From a virus: DNA of 64,000 bases. Location: positions 2,436 through 66,435 of the IMG/VR virus record IMGVR_UViG_3300020317_000002; one strand, written 5' to 3'. This document shows, piece after piece, positions 27,948 through 37,364 of this stretch. The translations under genes were made by a program, and so were the position numbers. The notes under the pieces were generated by a model. That model did not search any database, had not been told where the DNA came from, and saw only the letters and a program-made list of their open reading frames with translations. How positions within the stretch are numbered: the stretch's first letter is position 1; every line of letters starts with the position of its first letter.

Positions 27948-29276
27948 ATGTCAACAAAGACAACTCAAAAACAAAAGAGAGCTAGACTCTCAGCGACAAC
28001 CCAACTAGTTGAAGCAAATCAAGAAACAGAAGTTAAAGTAGAAACTTCACTAAACTCACCAACCCCAGAAAAGGCCGTTCCTGGCCCAGACACAAATTAT
28101 CTAGATGATAATGGAGAATTCATGTGGGACGAATACGAGGCAACTTGTGTAACTAAACTCAGAAAACCTAACCCACATATTAAAACACCTAAAGGTGTAA
28201 AAGTATATAGTAGAGAGTCATATGCTCAAGAACTATTCGATATAATGGAAGGTCATTCACTGACTTCTAATACGATATATTCTTTACAATTAGGAGCAAG
28301 CTACACTGGAAAGGTATACGCAGTAGATTCCGAATGGGCATCAATTGATGTAGGATATAGGGAATTAATTTATGTAGATTTATCAAGAGAAGCAGAGGAA
28401 GTTCTAGAACTTCTAAAACAAGGAGCAGAGGTTGACGTTCAGTTAATTGCAGACACTTCGATGAATGTTAAGAAGTATATGATAGGTTCTGTAACTGAAG
28501 GTCTTAAGACTAAGGTTGTTAAAGAGATCATATCGTCGATTGACGATGGAAATACAGCATATAGCGGTGTTGTTTCTAAAATGATTCCAGGCGGAGGATA
28601 TATTGTAAAAGTTCAAGGTATTGAGTGCTTTATGCCTGGCTCATTAGCAGGTGTAAATAAATTACACGACTTTGAATCAATAATTGACACTGAAATGTAT
28701 GTAGTACCTGTAAGTTTTTCAGAAGAAAAAGGAACTGTTGTAGTTTCTCACAGAGCATACCTAAGAGCTCTTATTCCTAATACGCTTAAAGTGATACAGG
28801 AAGAAACTGCAACCGAAAGAACAGGACATGTTACTGGTTCTGCAAAATACGGTGTATTCGTTGAATTCGAAGGATGCTTAACTGGTATGATTCATGTTAA
28901 TGACCTGGACACTGAAACTGCAAAGGCACATAGAGACAGATCTTTAGAGCCAGGGACAGAGATTAAATTCTACGTCAAGGAAGTTATTAATGAAAGAAAA
29001 ATTACACTGGTCCAGGGTTCTCCTGCTGAAAAGAAAGTAGATCCGTGGGAAGGTATTTCCGAAAGATACACTAAGAAAACTGAAGTAGTAGGAACTGTAA
29101 AATCTACCAAAGATTATGGTCTATTTGTAGAAATAGAAGAAGGTGTAGTAGGCCTCTTACATATATCTGAATTCCCTGATAATATAGAAATTAAAGACAT
29201 ATCGAAAGGAGCAGATATTACAGTCCAAGTAATCAGAGTTGAAGAAGATACTAGAAAAGTATTTCTTAAACTATAA
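27948..29276 (+). CDS. rpsA: Ribosomal protein bS1-like (four S1 domains plus N-terminal extension)
   Basis: S1 repeats GGYIVKVQGIECFMPGS..VVVSHRAYL, YGVFVEFEG.LTGMIHVNDL and DPW...YGLFVEIEEGVVGLLHISE. Confidence 0.85.
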   Translation: MSTKTTQKQKRARLSATTQLVEANQETEVKVETSLNSPTPEKAVPGPDTNYLDDNGEFMWDEYEATCVTKLRKPNPHIKTPKGVKVYSRESYAQELFDIMEGHSLTSNTIYSLQLGASYTGKVYAVDSEWASIDVGYRELIYVDLSREAEEVLELLKQGAEVDVQLIADTSMNVKKYMIGSVTEGLKTKVVKEIISSIDDGNTAYSGVVSKMIPGGGYIVKVQGIECFMPGSLAGVNKLHDFESIIDTEMYVVPVSFSEEKGTVVVSHRAYLRALIPNTLKVIQEETATERTGHVTGSAKYGVFVEFEGCLTGMIHVNDLDTETAKAHRDRSLEPGTEIKFYVKEVINERKITLVQGSPAEKKVDPWEGISERYTKKTEVVGTVKSTKDYGLFVEIEEGVVGLLHISEFPDNIEIKDISKGADITVQVIRVEEDTRKVFLKL

Positions 29277-29295
29277 TCAAATCTATAATTTAGTT

Positions 29296-29323
29296 GAAAG
29301 AGCCCGATCACTCGGGCTTTTTC
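29296..29323 (+). terminator. Rho-independent terminator after bS1
   Basis: GAAAGAGCCCGA-tcac-TCGGGCTTTTTC. Confidence 0.8.
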
Positions 29324-29345
29324 ACGTTATAGTGTATCTAACAGA

Positions 29346-29353
29346 GATATATA
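29346..29353 (+). promoter_or_regulatory. Late promoter GATATATA
   Basis: Intergenic, upstream of the amidoligase/neck operon. Confidence 0.6.
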
Positions 29354-29381
29354 AACCAACTTAAGTTATATAATTACGTAA

Positions 29382-30677
29382 ATGAATAATATTAATAATT
29401 CAGACATATTAAAGAACGCACTGGTAGGTGTTGAATTTGAATTTTATTCTAATAAGGATATCGATACGACTGCTAAGGAATTAGCGGGTCTTTTAGGTAA
29501 AAAGATTAGAGTAGAAGCAAAGGCACATAGTGATTTTGAAGTTACAAGAGATGAGTTTAAAATCGAACCTGATATGTCAGGAGGTGAAAAACTAATGGAA
29601 CTTGTAACAGGTGCACAACCATATTATGCTGCAAGGATGATGATTATTAAAGTATGTAAATGGATAGAAGAGAATGGGTATACTAATGATAGAAGTTCTA
29701 TTCACTTAAACCTTTCTTTCGATACTGATAAAATAGAGAATAAGCACAGAATATCTAAAATGAATGTTCTTAAATTTATTTTAGATTTTAAAGAAAGTCA
29801 AGTCTTTAAGTTTTTCCCAGAAAGAAAAGATTCTGCATACGCAAAATCAATTAAATTCATTTTACCTAAATCAGATACCTATTTCTTTGACGGAGCAAAT
29901 ATTACTCCTAGTAATTTCGTATATCCTGATTCTAAATATTATGGAATTAACTTTGAAAAGAGACATAAAAATTATTTAGAATTCAGATATCTAGGTGGAG
30001 AAGATTGGGAAAAGAAAACTTCTAAGATTCTACAGATGCTAGATCTTTTTATAACTCAGCTGTGGAATAGCACGTCCGGAGTTAACTTCAATAATCTTAA
30101 TTCAATAGAGCTTAGAAAAATTCTTGCGGAGAATGAAAGAATTATAAAGGCTAGAAAAGATTGGAGATCGATTAATACAAGTTGGAATCAAGATGTTAAA
30201 TTAACTGTTGATCTGAATGATAATGAAAAGATAATAGATTTACACTGGCCTAATATTAGAGAAAGAGTTCTTAGATTATTTACACATGGTGAATTAACTA
30301 AAGGACATATTAACTATGATGCAGATAATGGAACTATTCAAGTAGAAAGCGGTAGGTTATCCTATTGTGTAGAATTAGAAGGCTATGAGTTTATAAGATG
30401 TTCTCTAAGAGGAGAATTTACAAACTGTGATTTCTTTGGATGTGATGTAAATGGATCAGATATACACACATGTAATTTCTATCAATCTACTCAATTAAAT
30501 TCATCTAAATTAGAAAGTTCTTACGTTCATCAGTCATGTGTTTTAAAGGACTGTTATATATACGGAAATGGGATAATGAAAGGTAGTATGCAAGGTGGTA
30601 TATTTAGAGAGGGTAAATACGATAAAAGAACTGCAAGGTTTGACAACACTGAAAAAATACTTTACACAGAAGTTTAA
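29382..30677 (+). CDS. Putative amidoligase (COOH-NH2 ligase) with a C-terminal beta-helix-like repeat region
   Basis: VGVEFEF, FKIEPDMS, ELVT, SSIHLNLS, KYYGINF, YLEFRYLGG. C-terminus has pentapeptide-like C/S-rich repeats. Confidence 0.78.
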   Translation: MNNINNSDILKNALVGVEFEFYSNKDIDTTAKELAGLLGKKIRVEAKAHSDFEVTRDEFKIEPDMSGGEKLMELVTGAQPYYAARMMIIKVCKWIEENGYTNDRSSIHLNLSFDTDKIENKHRISKMNVLKFILDFKESQVFKFFPERKDSAYAKSIKFILPKSDTYFFDGANITPSNFVYPDSKYYGINFEKRHKNYLEFRYLGGEDWEKKTSKILQMLDLFITQLWNSTSGVNFNNLNSIELRKILAENERIIKARKDWRSINTSWNQDVKLTVDLNDNEKIIDLHWPNIRERVLRLFTHGELTKGHINYDADNGTIQVESGRLSYCVELEGYEFIRCSLRGEFTNCDFFGCDVNGSDIHTCNFYQSTQLNSSKLESSYVHQSCVLKDCYIYGNGIMKGSMQGGIFREGKYDKRTARFDNTEKILYTEV

Positions 30678-30693
30678 AAATAACTAAAATAAA

Positions 30694-31533
30694 ATGAGTG
30701 ATAATATAATAGGTAATGATGGCAATTTAAACAAGCCAACCTGGGATACTGATGGCAACAAATGCTTTAATGATTTTGTGAATGAACTGGCATCAGAAGT
30801 AACAGGATCATGTATGATTCCTATGAATCTTCCAAAGGCAGAAGTTCAAAATATTGTTAAAAGAGCAAAGAAATGGTTCTATAAGAATTACGAGTATTCG
30901 ATGAAAGAGAACTTTATGGTTTTACCTAAAGAACTTTTTAATTCTAATCTTTTTAAATCTAGAAGATGCTTTACTCTTCCAACAATGGATCCAGTTACTG
31001 GAGGTGGAGAAGTTTATTCAGTGTATGGGTGTTTCGAAACAGGATCAAAGTATGCAGGTGGAACAGATATTAGGTTTTCACAAGGTGATTTTGCTATTGA
31101 GAGAATGATGTATACTGGGATGTTCGGTGGAGATGGTGTAGTAGATGCTGCGGAAAACCTACAATATTATGTAGTTAATGAAAGTTTCTTCGATATGGCT
31201 AGACAAATTCTAGAAAACCCTATTGGCTTTCACTATAATCAATTAACACATGAGATTAAATTTACTGGAGAAACTCCTAACAGAGATATTATATTAGAAG
31301 TATATGAAACAATTCCAGAGTGTGCATTGTTTGAAGATGAAGCATTCTTTAGATACTGTGCTGCAAAGATTAAAATTTCATTAGGACAAAAGTTAAGTAT
31401 ATTCGGCTTTGCTTTACCTGGAAATATTGAAGTTAATGCCGATGCAATTCAAGGTTTAGGTGAAGGAGAACTAGAGGCGGTTATTGAAGAAATAAAAACA
31501 GATGAAGGCACTGATTGGATGATGCATTCTTAA
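30694..31533 (+). CDS. Neck/head-completion protein (T4 gp13-like)
   Basis: FFRYCAAKIK..LG.KL..F...LPGNIEVNADAI...GE.EL matches the gp13 C-terminus. Confidence 0.75.
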   Translation: MSDNIIGNDGNLNKPTWDTDGNKCFNDFVNELASEVTGSCMIPMNLPKAEVQNIVKRAKKWFYKNYEYSMKENFMVLPKELFNSNLFKSRRCFTLPTMDPVTGGGEVYSVYGCFETGSKYAGGTDIRFSQGDFAIERMMYTGMFGGDGVVDAAENLQYYVVNESFFDMARQILENPIGFHYNQLTHEIKFTGETPNRDIILEVYETIPECALFEDEAFFRYCAAKIKISLGQKLSIFGFALPGNIEVNADAIQGLGEGELEAVIEEIKTDEGTDWMMHS

Positions 31534-31549
31534 TGGAATATATAGTTAA

Positions 31550-31903
31550 ATGGAATTTTATATAAAAGCAAAAGGTGACCCTGGATTTGATCCAACTAAA
31601 TTAGAGATTAGCTCTGAATTAGGTAGGCTAATGACACAGATAGAAACAGTTCTTTTCACAAGAAGAGGAGATGTTCTAGGTGATCCGGAATTTGGTGCGA
31701 ACCTAGAAGACTATGTATATTCTTTAAGTTATAATGATTACTTATTAAAAAAAGTAGTAGCTGAGCAAATTTACAAATACGTTCCTTTAGCTAGAAAATT
31801 TAATGTAACTGTTGATGTTGATTTCACAAAAGAAATCGATAGGCATGCGGTGTTCGTGGATATACGAATCGATAATAGATATCAACTCGGGGTCTATGTA
31901 TAA
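31550..31903 (+). CDS. Baseplate wedge subunit gp25-like
   Basis: IETVLFTRRGDVLGDPEFGANLEDYVY...IYKYVP. Confidence 0.85.
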   Translation: MEFYIKAKGDPGFDPTKLEISSELGRLMTQIETVLFTRRGDVLGDPEFGANLEDYVYSLSYNDYLLKKVVAEQIYKYVPLARKFNVTVDVDFTKEIDRHAVFVDIRIDNRYQLGVYV

Positions 31904-31920
31904 TAAAACTAAAAATAAAC

Positions 31921-33741
31921 ATGGCAGATAACAAATTTTTATCAACTTCCAGAATAAAGGCTGGAGAAATGATTGACGACATCAGGTCCTATATAGGTAG
32001 GATATATGGTGAAGTGGAAGGAGCATTTACATCAGCTTCTCCATTTTCACAAATACTAGATGTTATTTCAGAAATAGGGAGACTAATATTCTTCTACATT
32101 GAAGATTCGACAGTAGAGCAAAATATTCTTACTGCCCAAAACCCGGAATCAATATATGGTCTTGCAAGATTGGCAGGGCATGATTCATTTAGAGGAGCTG
32201 CCGCTTCGGGTGAATTAAAACTAAGATTAGGTGTACAGGGATTAGATGATATTGCAGGAGATGCTTTAAACATTCCATCTAATGCTATTATAGAATGCAA
32301 AGACAATGGTCTTAAATACACTCTGAGAACAAGTAACGACCAATTTAGATTAGAAAAATCAAACTCAAATTATATTTACATTCCTGTAATTCAAGGAGAA
32401 TATGAATCTCAAACATTAACGTCAACTGGAGAGGCATTCCAATCCTTTAACGTTATAACTAAACACATGATAGACCATGGTCAAATCCGTGTTAAGATTA
32501 ATTCAAATCTATGGACTAAGTATGATTCCCTATATGACATGAAAAAAGGAACTAATGGCTATATAGTAAAAACGGGAATAACCGGAGGATTAGATCTTTA
32601 TTTTGGTAACGGTTCTTTTGGAGAAATTCCACAAACAGGTGCCTCGATCGAAATTGAATATTTAAAAATAGGCGGTACGATGGGTAACCTAAACGGTAGA
32701 GCTGATTTATCCTTTGAATTTAAAACAGAAGGAACGGATTCATTAGGAAATACACATGACCTTAATGAATTATTAGAATCTGAATTTACAGTTGCTCCTA
32801 AAATGGGAGCAAACCCTGAAGATATTGAACTAACAAAGTTAATAGCACCGCTACAGTCACATTCATTTGTATTAGCAACGCCTGATAATTATGAACACTT
32901 TCTTTCAAGGTACGGTATGTTTTCATATTTAGATGCATATAATACTACTGATGATGGATATTTAGACGATGATAACGTTATCTATCTTTTTATGTTACCT
33001 AATACTCTTAAGAAATTACAAAACAATAAAGATTATTTTAGCTTAGACACTTCTGAATTCTTTTTTACTGAAATAGAAAAAGAAGGAATTATGGGATTAT
33101 TAGAAAAATCAGGAAGACAAATGGTAACAACTGAAGTCAAAATCGTAGATCCATCTCCACAATATTTTAGAATGGATATTAAGGTAAGATATTTTGAAGG
33201 ATATCACAAAGCTAATCTTTCAACTGAAATCAGATCTAAGGTAGCAGAATATTTAATTAACATTACGAGAAGAGATAGATTACCAAAGTCTGATATTGTT
33301 GCAATTGTTGAAGGTATTGAAGGTATAGACTCAGTTAACGTTAAATTTACTTCTGAAAAAGAAGAAACAGCTAGAAGACTAGGGTATTATACATCTAATA
33401 CAGTAACCGTAACACCGTCAACACCCCTACTAGAAGATATCGGTAATGGTAAACAAAAAATGGTATTCTTTAAAAGAAGAGTAACTTCATCACAGGTTAA
33501 CTTTGAAAAAGACGCTGCTCTTCCAGAAAATGTAATTAATTTAGATTCATTTGGAGATATTATTCTTGAAAAAGAAGAAGTAGCTCTATTCAGAGGAGGT
33601 TGGCGAGATAGAAAAAATATAATGGTAGCTGATGAGGTGAAAACAGGAGAAATGGCAGCACTGTCTATTTACTTCGATGAACCTGCAGTAAAGAACACTG
33701 TGTTTGCAAAGATTCAAGCTAAAAATAGAAAAGCTATATAA
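31921..33741 (+). CDS. Baseplate wedge subunit gp6/gpJ-like
   Basis: ILTAQNPESIYGLARLAGH, LYFGNGSFGEIP..G..I.IEY, TPDNYE. Confidence 0.82.
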   Translation: MADNKFLSTSRIKAGEMIDDIRSYIGRIYGEVEGAFTSASPFSQILDVISEIGRLIFFYIEDSTVEQNILTAQNPESIYGLARLAGHDSFRGAAASGELKLRLGVQGLDDIAGDALNIPSNAIIECKDNGLKYTLRTSNDQFRLEKSNSNYIYIPVIQGEYESQTLTSTGEAFQSFNVITKHMIDHGQIRVKINSNLWTKYDSLYDMKKGTNGYIVKTGITGGLDLYFGNGSFGEIPQTGASIEIEYLKIGGTMGNLNGRADLSFEFKTEGTDSLGNTHDLNELLESEFTVAPKMGANPEDIELTKLIAPLQSHSFVLATPDNYEHFLSRYGMFSYLDAYNTTDDGYLDDDNVIYLFMLPNTLKKLQNNKDYFSLDTSEFFFTEIEKEGIMGLLEKSGRQMVTTEVKIVDPSPQYFRMDIKVRYFEGYHKANLSTEIRSKVAEYLINITRRDRLPKSDIVAIVEGIEGIDSVNVKFTSEKEETARRLGYYTSNTVTVTPSTPLLEDIGNGKQKMVFFKRRVTSSQVNFEKDAALPENVINLDSFGDIILEKEEVALFRGGWRDRKNIMVADEVKTGEMAALSIYFDEPAVKNTVFAKIQAKNRKAI

Positions 33742-34010
33742 TGAGTATTTTTAGTAACCTTTTTAAAAGTAGAAAGAAAAGATTATATTCTGTCAGAGAA
33801 AATGCGTTCGATGATAGAAAAAACTTAGGAAATGATTACAGGAGTAATATTTTGAAAAATTCAATATCTTCACATATTTGGAGAAATAATCAAATGAACG
33901 ACTTTATTAATCTTATTCAAGATACGATTGCCGATTGGGTAGATTCTGTAAACTATTTAAAAATTTACAAATCTTACACTATGAAAAAAGATGATAAAAA
34001 AATTAGATAA
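33741..34010 (+). CDS. Small baseplate-associated hypothetical protein
   Basis: 89 aa, coupled to gp6. Confidence 0.6.
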   Translation: MSIFSNLFKSRKKRLYSVRENAFDDRKNLGNDYRSNILKNSISSHIWRNNQMNDFINLIQDTIADWVDSVNYLKIYKSYTMKKDDKKIR

Positions 34011-34012
34011 TA

Positions 34013-36790
34013 ATGTCATATCAAAATCTTAGATTCTTTGATAATAATTCTAACGAATTAAATTTAACTTACGACAATGTTTTAGGTTATTCTAAGGGCA
34101 CTATATTTCTACCTGAAATATCAACAGGCCTTTATGAAACCATAAATTTATATGCGCTAGAAGAAGTTAGAGATGAATTAGATAATCAAAGGTTCGTACA
34201 TCCTATATCGGTCGATTCCGATATCAATTCTCTAAAATTTGAATTTGTTTCAGAATATGGAGATAGTGATGACATTTTCCTCTACAGTGGAATCATGAAA
34301 AACGGAGAATACGAGGTAATAGTAGATTCTTCCCAGGTTTCGAAAATGAGAGATAATAGCTTTTATACTGGAATAGATTCGGAAGGTTTCAAGATAGTTC
34401 CACTGAATTCAGCGGCAATACAACCCCAAGCCTGTCTTGCTAATATGGCATTAAGTTCAGATAAAGAAGGTTTTCACATTAGAACACTGAACGTGTATGC
34501 AACTGAAAATAGTAACAAGGTAAAGGTTGCAGAAATTAAAGTGTATGGTGAAGTAGTAGCAGAAGATGAAAGATTGAAAGATCTTTTAACTAACATGGCT
34601 TTAAATCTAGACGAAATGGACTATTTAATATTTAGAGATTCTGATATTAAAGATCTTGGAGTAGATTATAAGTTATTAAATAGAAAAAGAAAAGAGCTCT
34701 TATTACAGGCTTCTACTATTAAACCCTTTATAGGAACATATAAAGCTCTATTAGGTATTATAGATTTCTTTGGATATAGTAACGTAAGTCTTAGAGAATA
34801 TTGGTTAAATATAAATGAAAAGTCTGAAGGATTTGGAAAAATGATGGTAGTTCCTGTTGCTAATCAAACTGAAGTTGGTTTTTTAGCAAAGAAAAGTAAG
34901 AATACTAATCTTCCTAATTCTAATCAAAAGAAAACTTCTAGATTTTCATTAGCATATAGATTGAATGTTCCGACTGGAAAATTAAATGAATTTGATTTAC
35001 CGGAAGTGGAAGAAATATCTGACTTTTCACCTGATGAAATCTTAATAAAATTATATGCTTTAAAGCGTAAACTACAAAGAGAATATTTACCGCTTAACGC
35101 AAAGATTGTAGATATCACAGCGGAAGGTGATTACTTCGACGGAGTAAATCAGAGAGTTTGGAATAATCAACACCAAATACATGCACAATTTGCAGGACAT
35201 GATGTCCATTATGATATTTTTCCGGATGTTAAATCTATTTATATAGAAGATCTTAGAAAAGTAGACTATAGGTTAGAAGGTCGTAATCAGAAAATAGAAG
35301 TTTTTAATAAAACAGAAAGAAATGAACTGGAAGATTCTATTAGATCCTTTTATACAGAATGGCATGATGAAGATATGTCTTCGCATAATACAATGGCAGG
35401 AATTCCAATAGGAGCTCCTATTATTTTAACAGGAACTTCCCTTAAAGATACATGGGATGATGCCGAGTTTACGTTTATTGATGCAAATGATACTGATGAC
35501 GATGCTAATGTTTTACATTCTGACGGCCAAACCACTTTACAGGATCCTTATTTAACATGGGATGATTGGTGGAAAAGAAGTGTATATGAAATTGAATGGA
35601 TAATTAAAGGTCCTAGGGGTTACTCTAAATCTATTAGAGGATCTATTGATGATTGGTATACATTGCCAATAATACTTCCGTATACCGGTGAGTATACAAT
35701 TGATGTTGCTTTTTGGGATTTATATAATGTAAGAAGTATTAGCCACAATGAAAAGATAACTGTTAAATCTAAGAATGTTGAAGTGTATGGAATGTATCAG
35801 AAACTTACACCTGAATTAGATTGGGCGAATTATAAGTATCAATGGGACGAAGCAGGTTCTTCATGGGAATGGGGTAGAGAAAACCTAAACACTGTTGAAG
35901 AAAGTATTGCTACATATTACCTAACCCTTGATAGGGCTAATTATTTACATGAAGATGAAGACGGCAAAGAATTTTCAATAGTAAGAAGATTTGCAGATTC
36001 TACAACTCCAACTGGATTTAATGAAACAACAGGACCATATCAATGGAAATCATTAAGAAAACAGGTATGGAACGATGGCCCTGAAATATGCTGGGATCAA
36101 ACTAGAGTCGGACCTGATTTAAATTCTTCTTTTAAATTTGAATTAAATGGAGACTTAAACGGAACTATAACTCTTTCTCAAATAGATCCATATACTGATC
36201 TAGAAATAATGGAATCGTATACACCGACTACATTATATCCTACGAACGTATTAGATTTAACTGCATGGAATAGTTTACAGCAAGAGTTAAACAATTTAAA
36301 TCCAAATCAATACCCTATTTTTACTAAATTTAATTGGAATCCAATTTATTTTGATTCTGATGGAAATGTATCTACTGGAATTGATGGAGTGGACGAATGC
36401 ACATACATGTTAGTTGTATCTAAGCAACCTAATCAAGTATATGATTTTCATGAAGCTACGACAACAACGGGAACTATAGATCCAGCTAGTTTTGTTAAAT
36501 ATCAAGCATACAATCCTAGCTTTAATGACTCCTATGTAATAGACGATCATAGCACTATAAATCTATTAAATCACATGACTTTTTCATATGACTTGACTAA
36601 AATACCAGGTATAACGGATCAGAAATGGCGATTGATAAATAATAGTGTAAAAAAAGAAGATATATATTATGATAATCAGTGGCTGACATACTTATTTGAC
36701 ACTAAGGGAGAATATACTATTGAGCTTGAATTAACTGATTTGAACGGAAATAAAAACATAACAAGAAAAAACATCTTAACAATTAAATAA
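34013..36790 (+). CDS. Large baseplate wedge-like structural protein (gp7/tail protein I-like) with PKD-like C-terminus
   Basis: IGTYKAL...IDFFGY..V.LREYW motif; YLFDTKGEYTIELELTD.NGN. Confidence 0.55.
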   Translation: MSYQNLRFFDNNSNELNLTYDNVLGYSKGTIFLPEISTGLYETINLYALEEVRDELDNQRFVHPISVDSDINSLKFEFVSEYGDSDDIFLYSGIMKNGEYEVIVDSSQVSKMRDNSFYTGIDSEGFKIVPLNSAAIQPQACLANMALSSDKEGFHIRTLNVYATENSNKVKVAEIKVYGEVVAEDERLKDLLTNMALNLDEMDYLIFRDSDIKDLGVDYKLLNRKRKELLLQASTIKPFIGTYKALLGIIDFFGYSNVSLREYWLNINEKSEGFGKMMVVPVANQTEVGFLAKKSKNTNLPNSNQKKTSRFSLAYRLNVPTGKLNEFDLPEVEEISDFSPDEILIKLYALKRKLQREYLPLNAKIVDITAEGDYFDGVNQRVWNNQHQIHAQFAGHDVHYDIFPDVKSIYIEDLRKVDYRLEGRNQKIEVFNKTERNELEDSIRSFYTEWHDEDMSSHNTMAGIPIGAPIILTGTSLKDTWDDAEFTFIDANDTDDDANVLHSDGQTTLQDPYLTWDDWWKRSVYEIEWIIKGPRGYSKSIRGSIDDWYTLPIILPYTGEYTIDVAFWDLYNVRSISHNEKITVKSKNVEVYGMYQKLTPELDWANYKYQWDEAGSSWEWGRENLNTVEESIATYYLTLDRANYLHEDEDGKEFSIVRRFADSTTPTGFNETTGPYQWKSLRKQVWNDGPEICWDQTRVGPDLNSSFKFELNGDLNGTITLSQIDPYTDLEIMESYTPTTLYPTNVLDLTAWNSLQQELNNLNPNQYPIFTKFNWNPIYFDSDGNVSTGIDGVDECTYMLVVSKQPNQVYDFHEATTTTGTIDPASFVKYQAYNPSFNDSYVIDDHSTINLLNHMTFSYDLTKIPGITDQKWRLINNSVKKEDIYYDNQWLTYLFDTKGEYTIELELTDLNGNKNITRKNILTIK

Positions 36791-36791
36791 A

Positions 36792-37343
36792 ATGGCAAGT
36801 ATTACAACAATTTTAGGAACGCATTCTCTTTCTTCTTCAAGACTTACTATCAATAACAATTTTGATAACGTAAATGATGAATTAGGATTAATTGCAAATG
36901 TTCTAGACACGACAAGTTCTACGTTATCTTTAACTGGAGCTATTACGGCAGGTACACTGTCTTTAAACACTGGTTCTTTAACTACATTCAACGTAACTGC
37001 ATCTTCATTAGAAGCATCAGTTGAAGCTACGTTTAAAGAAAATGTTCTTTTGGAAAAATCATTACAGGTTTCTATAGCAGATACTGTTACTCTTCCAACA
37101 GGCACACCGGCACTGGGTTCATATATCTTTACAGGTACAGCAGGTAGCACAGTAACACTAGGAGCATCTGCACCTGGTCAACTATTAACACTAATCGCAT
37201 CAAATGCATTTGATATAGACGGAGCAATGGTAAACGGAGTTCCTACTGATATTCAAATTGCACAGAATGGTAGTGTTAGTTTAATAGGAGATTTGTCACA
37301 GAAATGGTATATAGCAGCTGTATATAACGCTGTAATTTCGTAA
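36792..37343 (+). CDS. Small fibre-like structural protein
   Basis: S/T-rich beta structure; SLSSSRLTINNNF baseplate-attachment-like N-terminus. Confidence 0.6.
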   Translation: MASITTILGTHSLSSSRLTINNNFDNVNDELGLIANVLDTTSSTLSLTGAITAGTLSLNTGSLTTFNVTASSLEASVEATFKENVLLEKSLQVSIADTVTLPTGTPALGSYIFTGTAGSTVTLGASAPGQLLTLIASNAFDIDGAMVNGVPTDIQIAQNGSVSLIGDLSQKWYIAAVYNAVIS

Positions 37344-37364
37344 TAAAAAATAAAAATTAATTAG

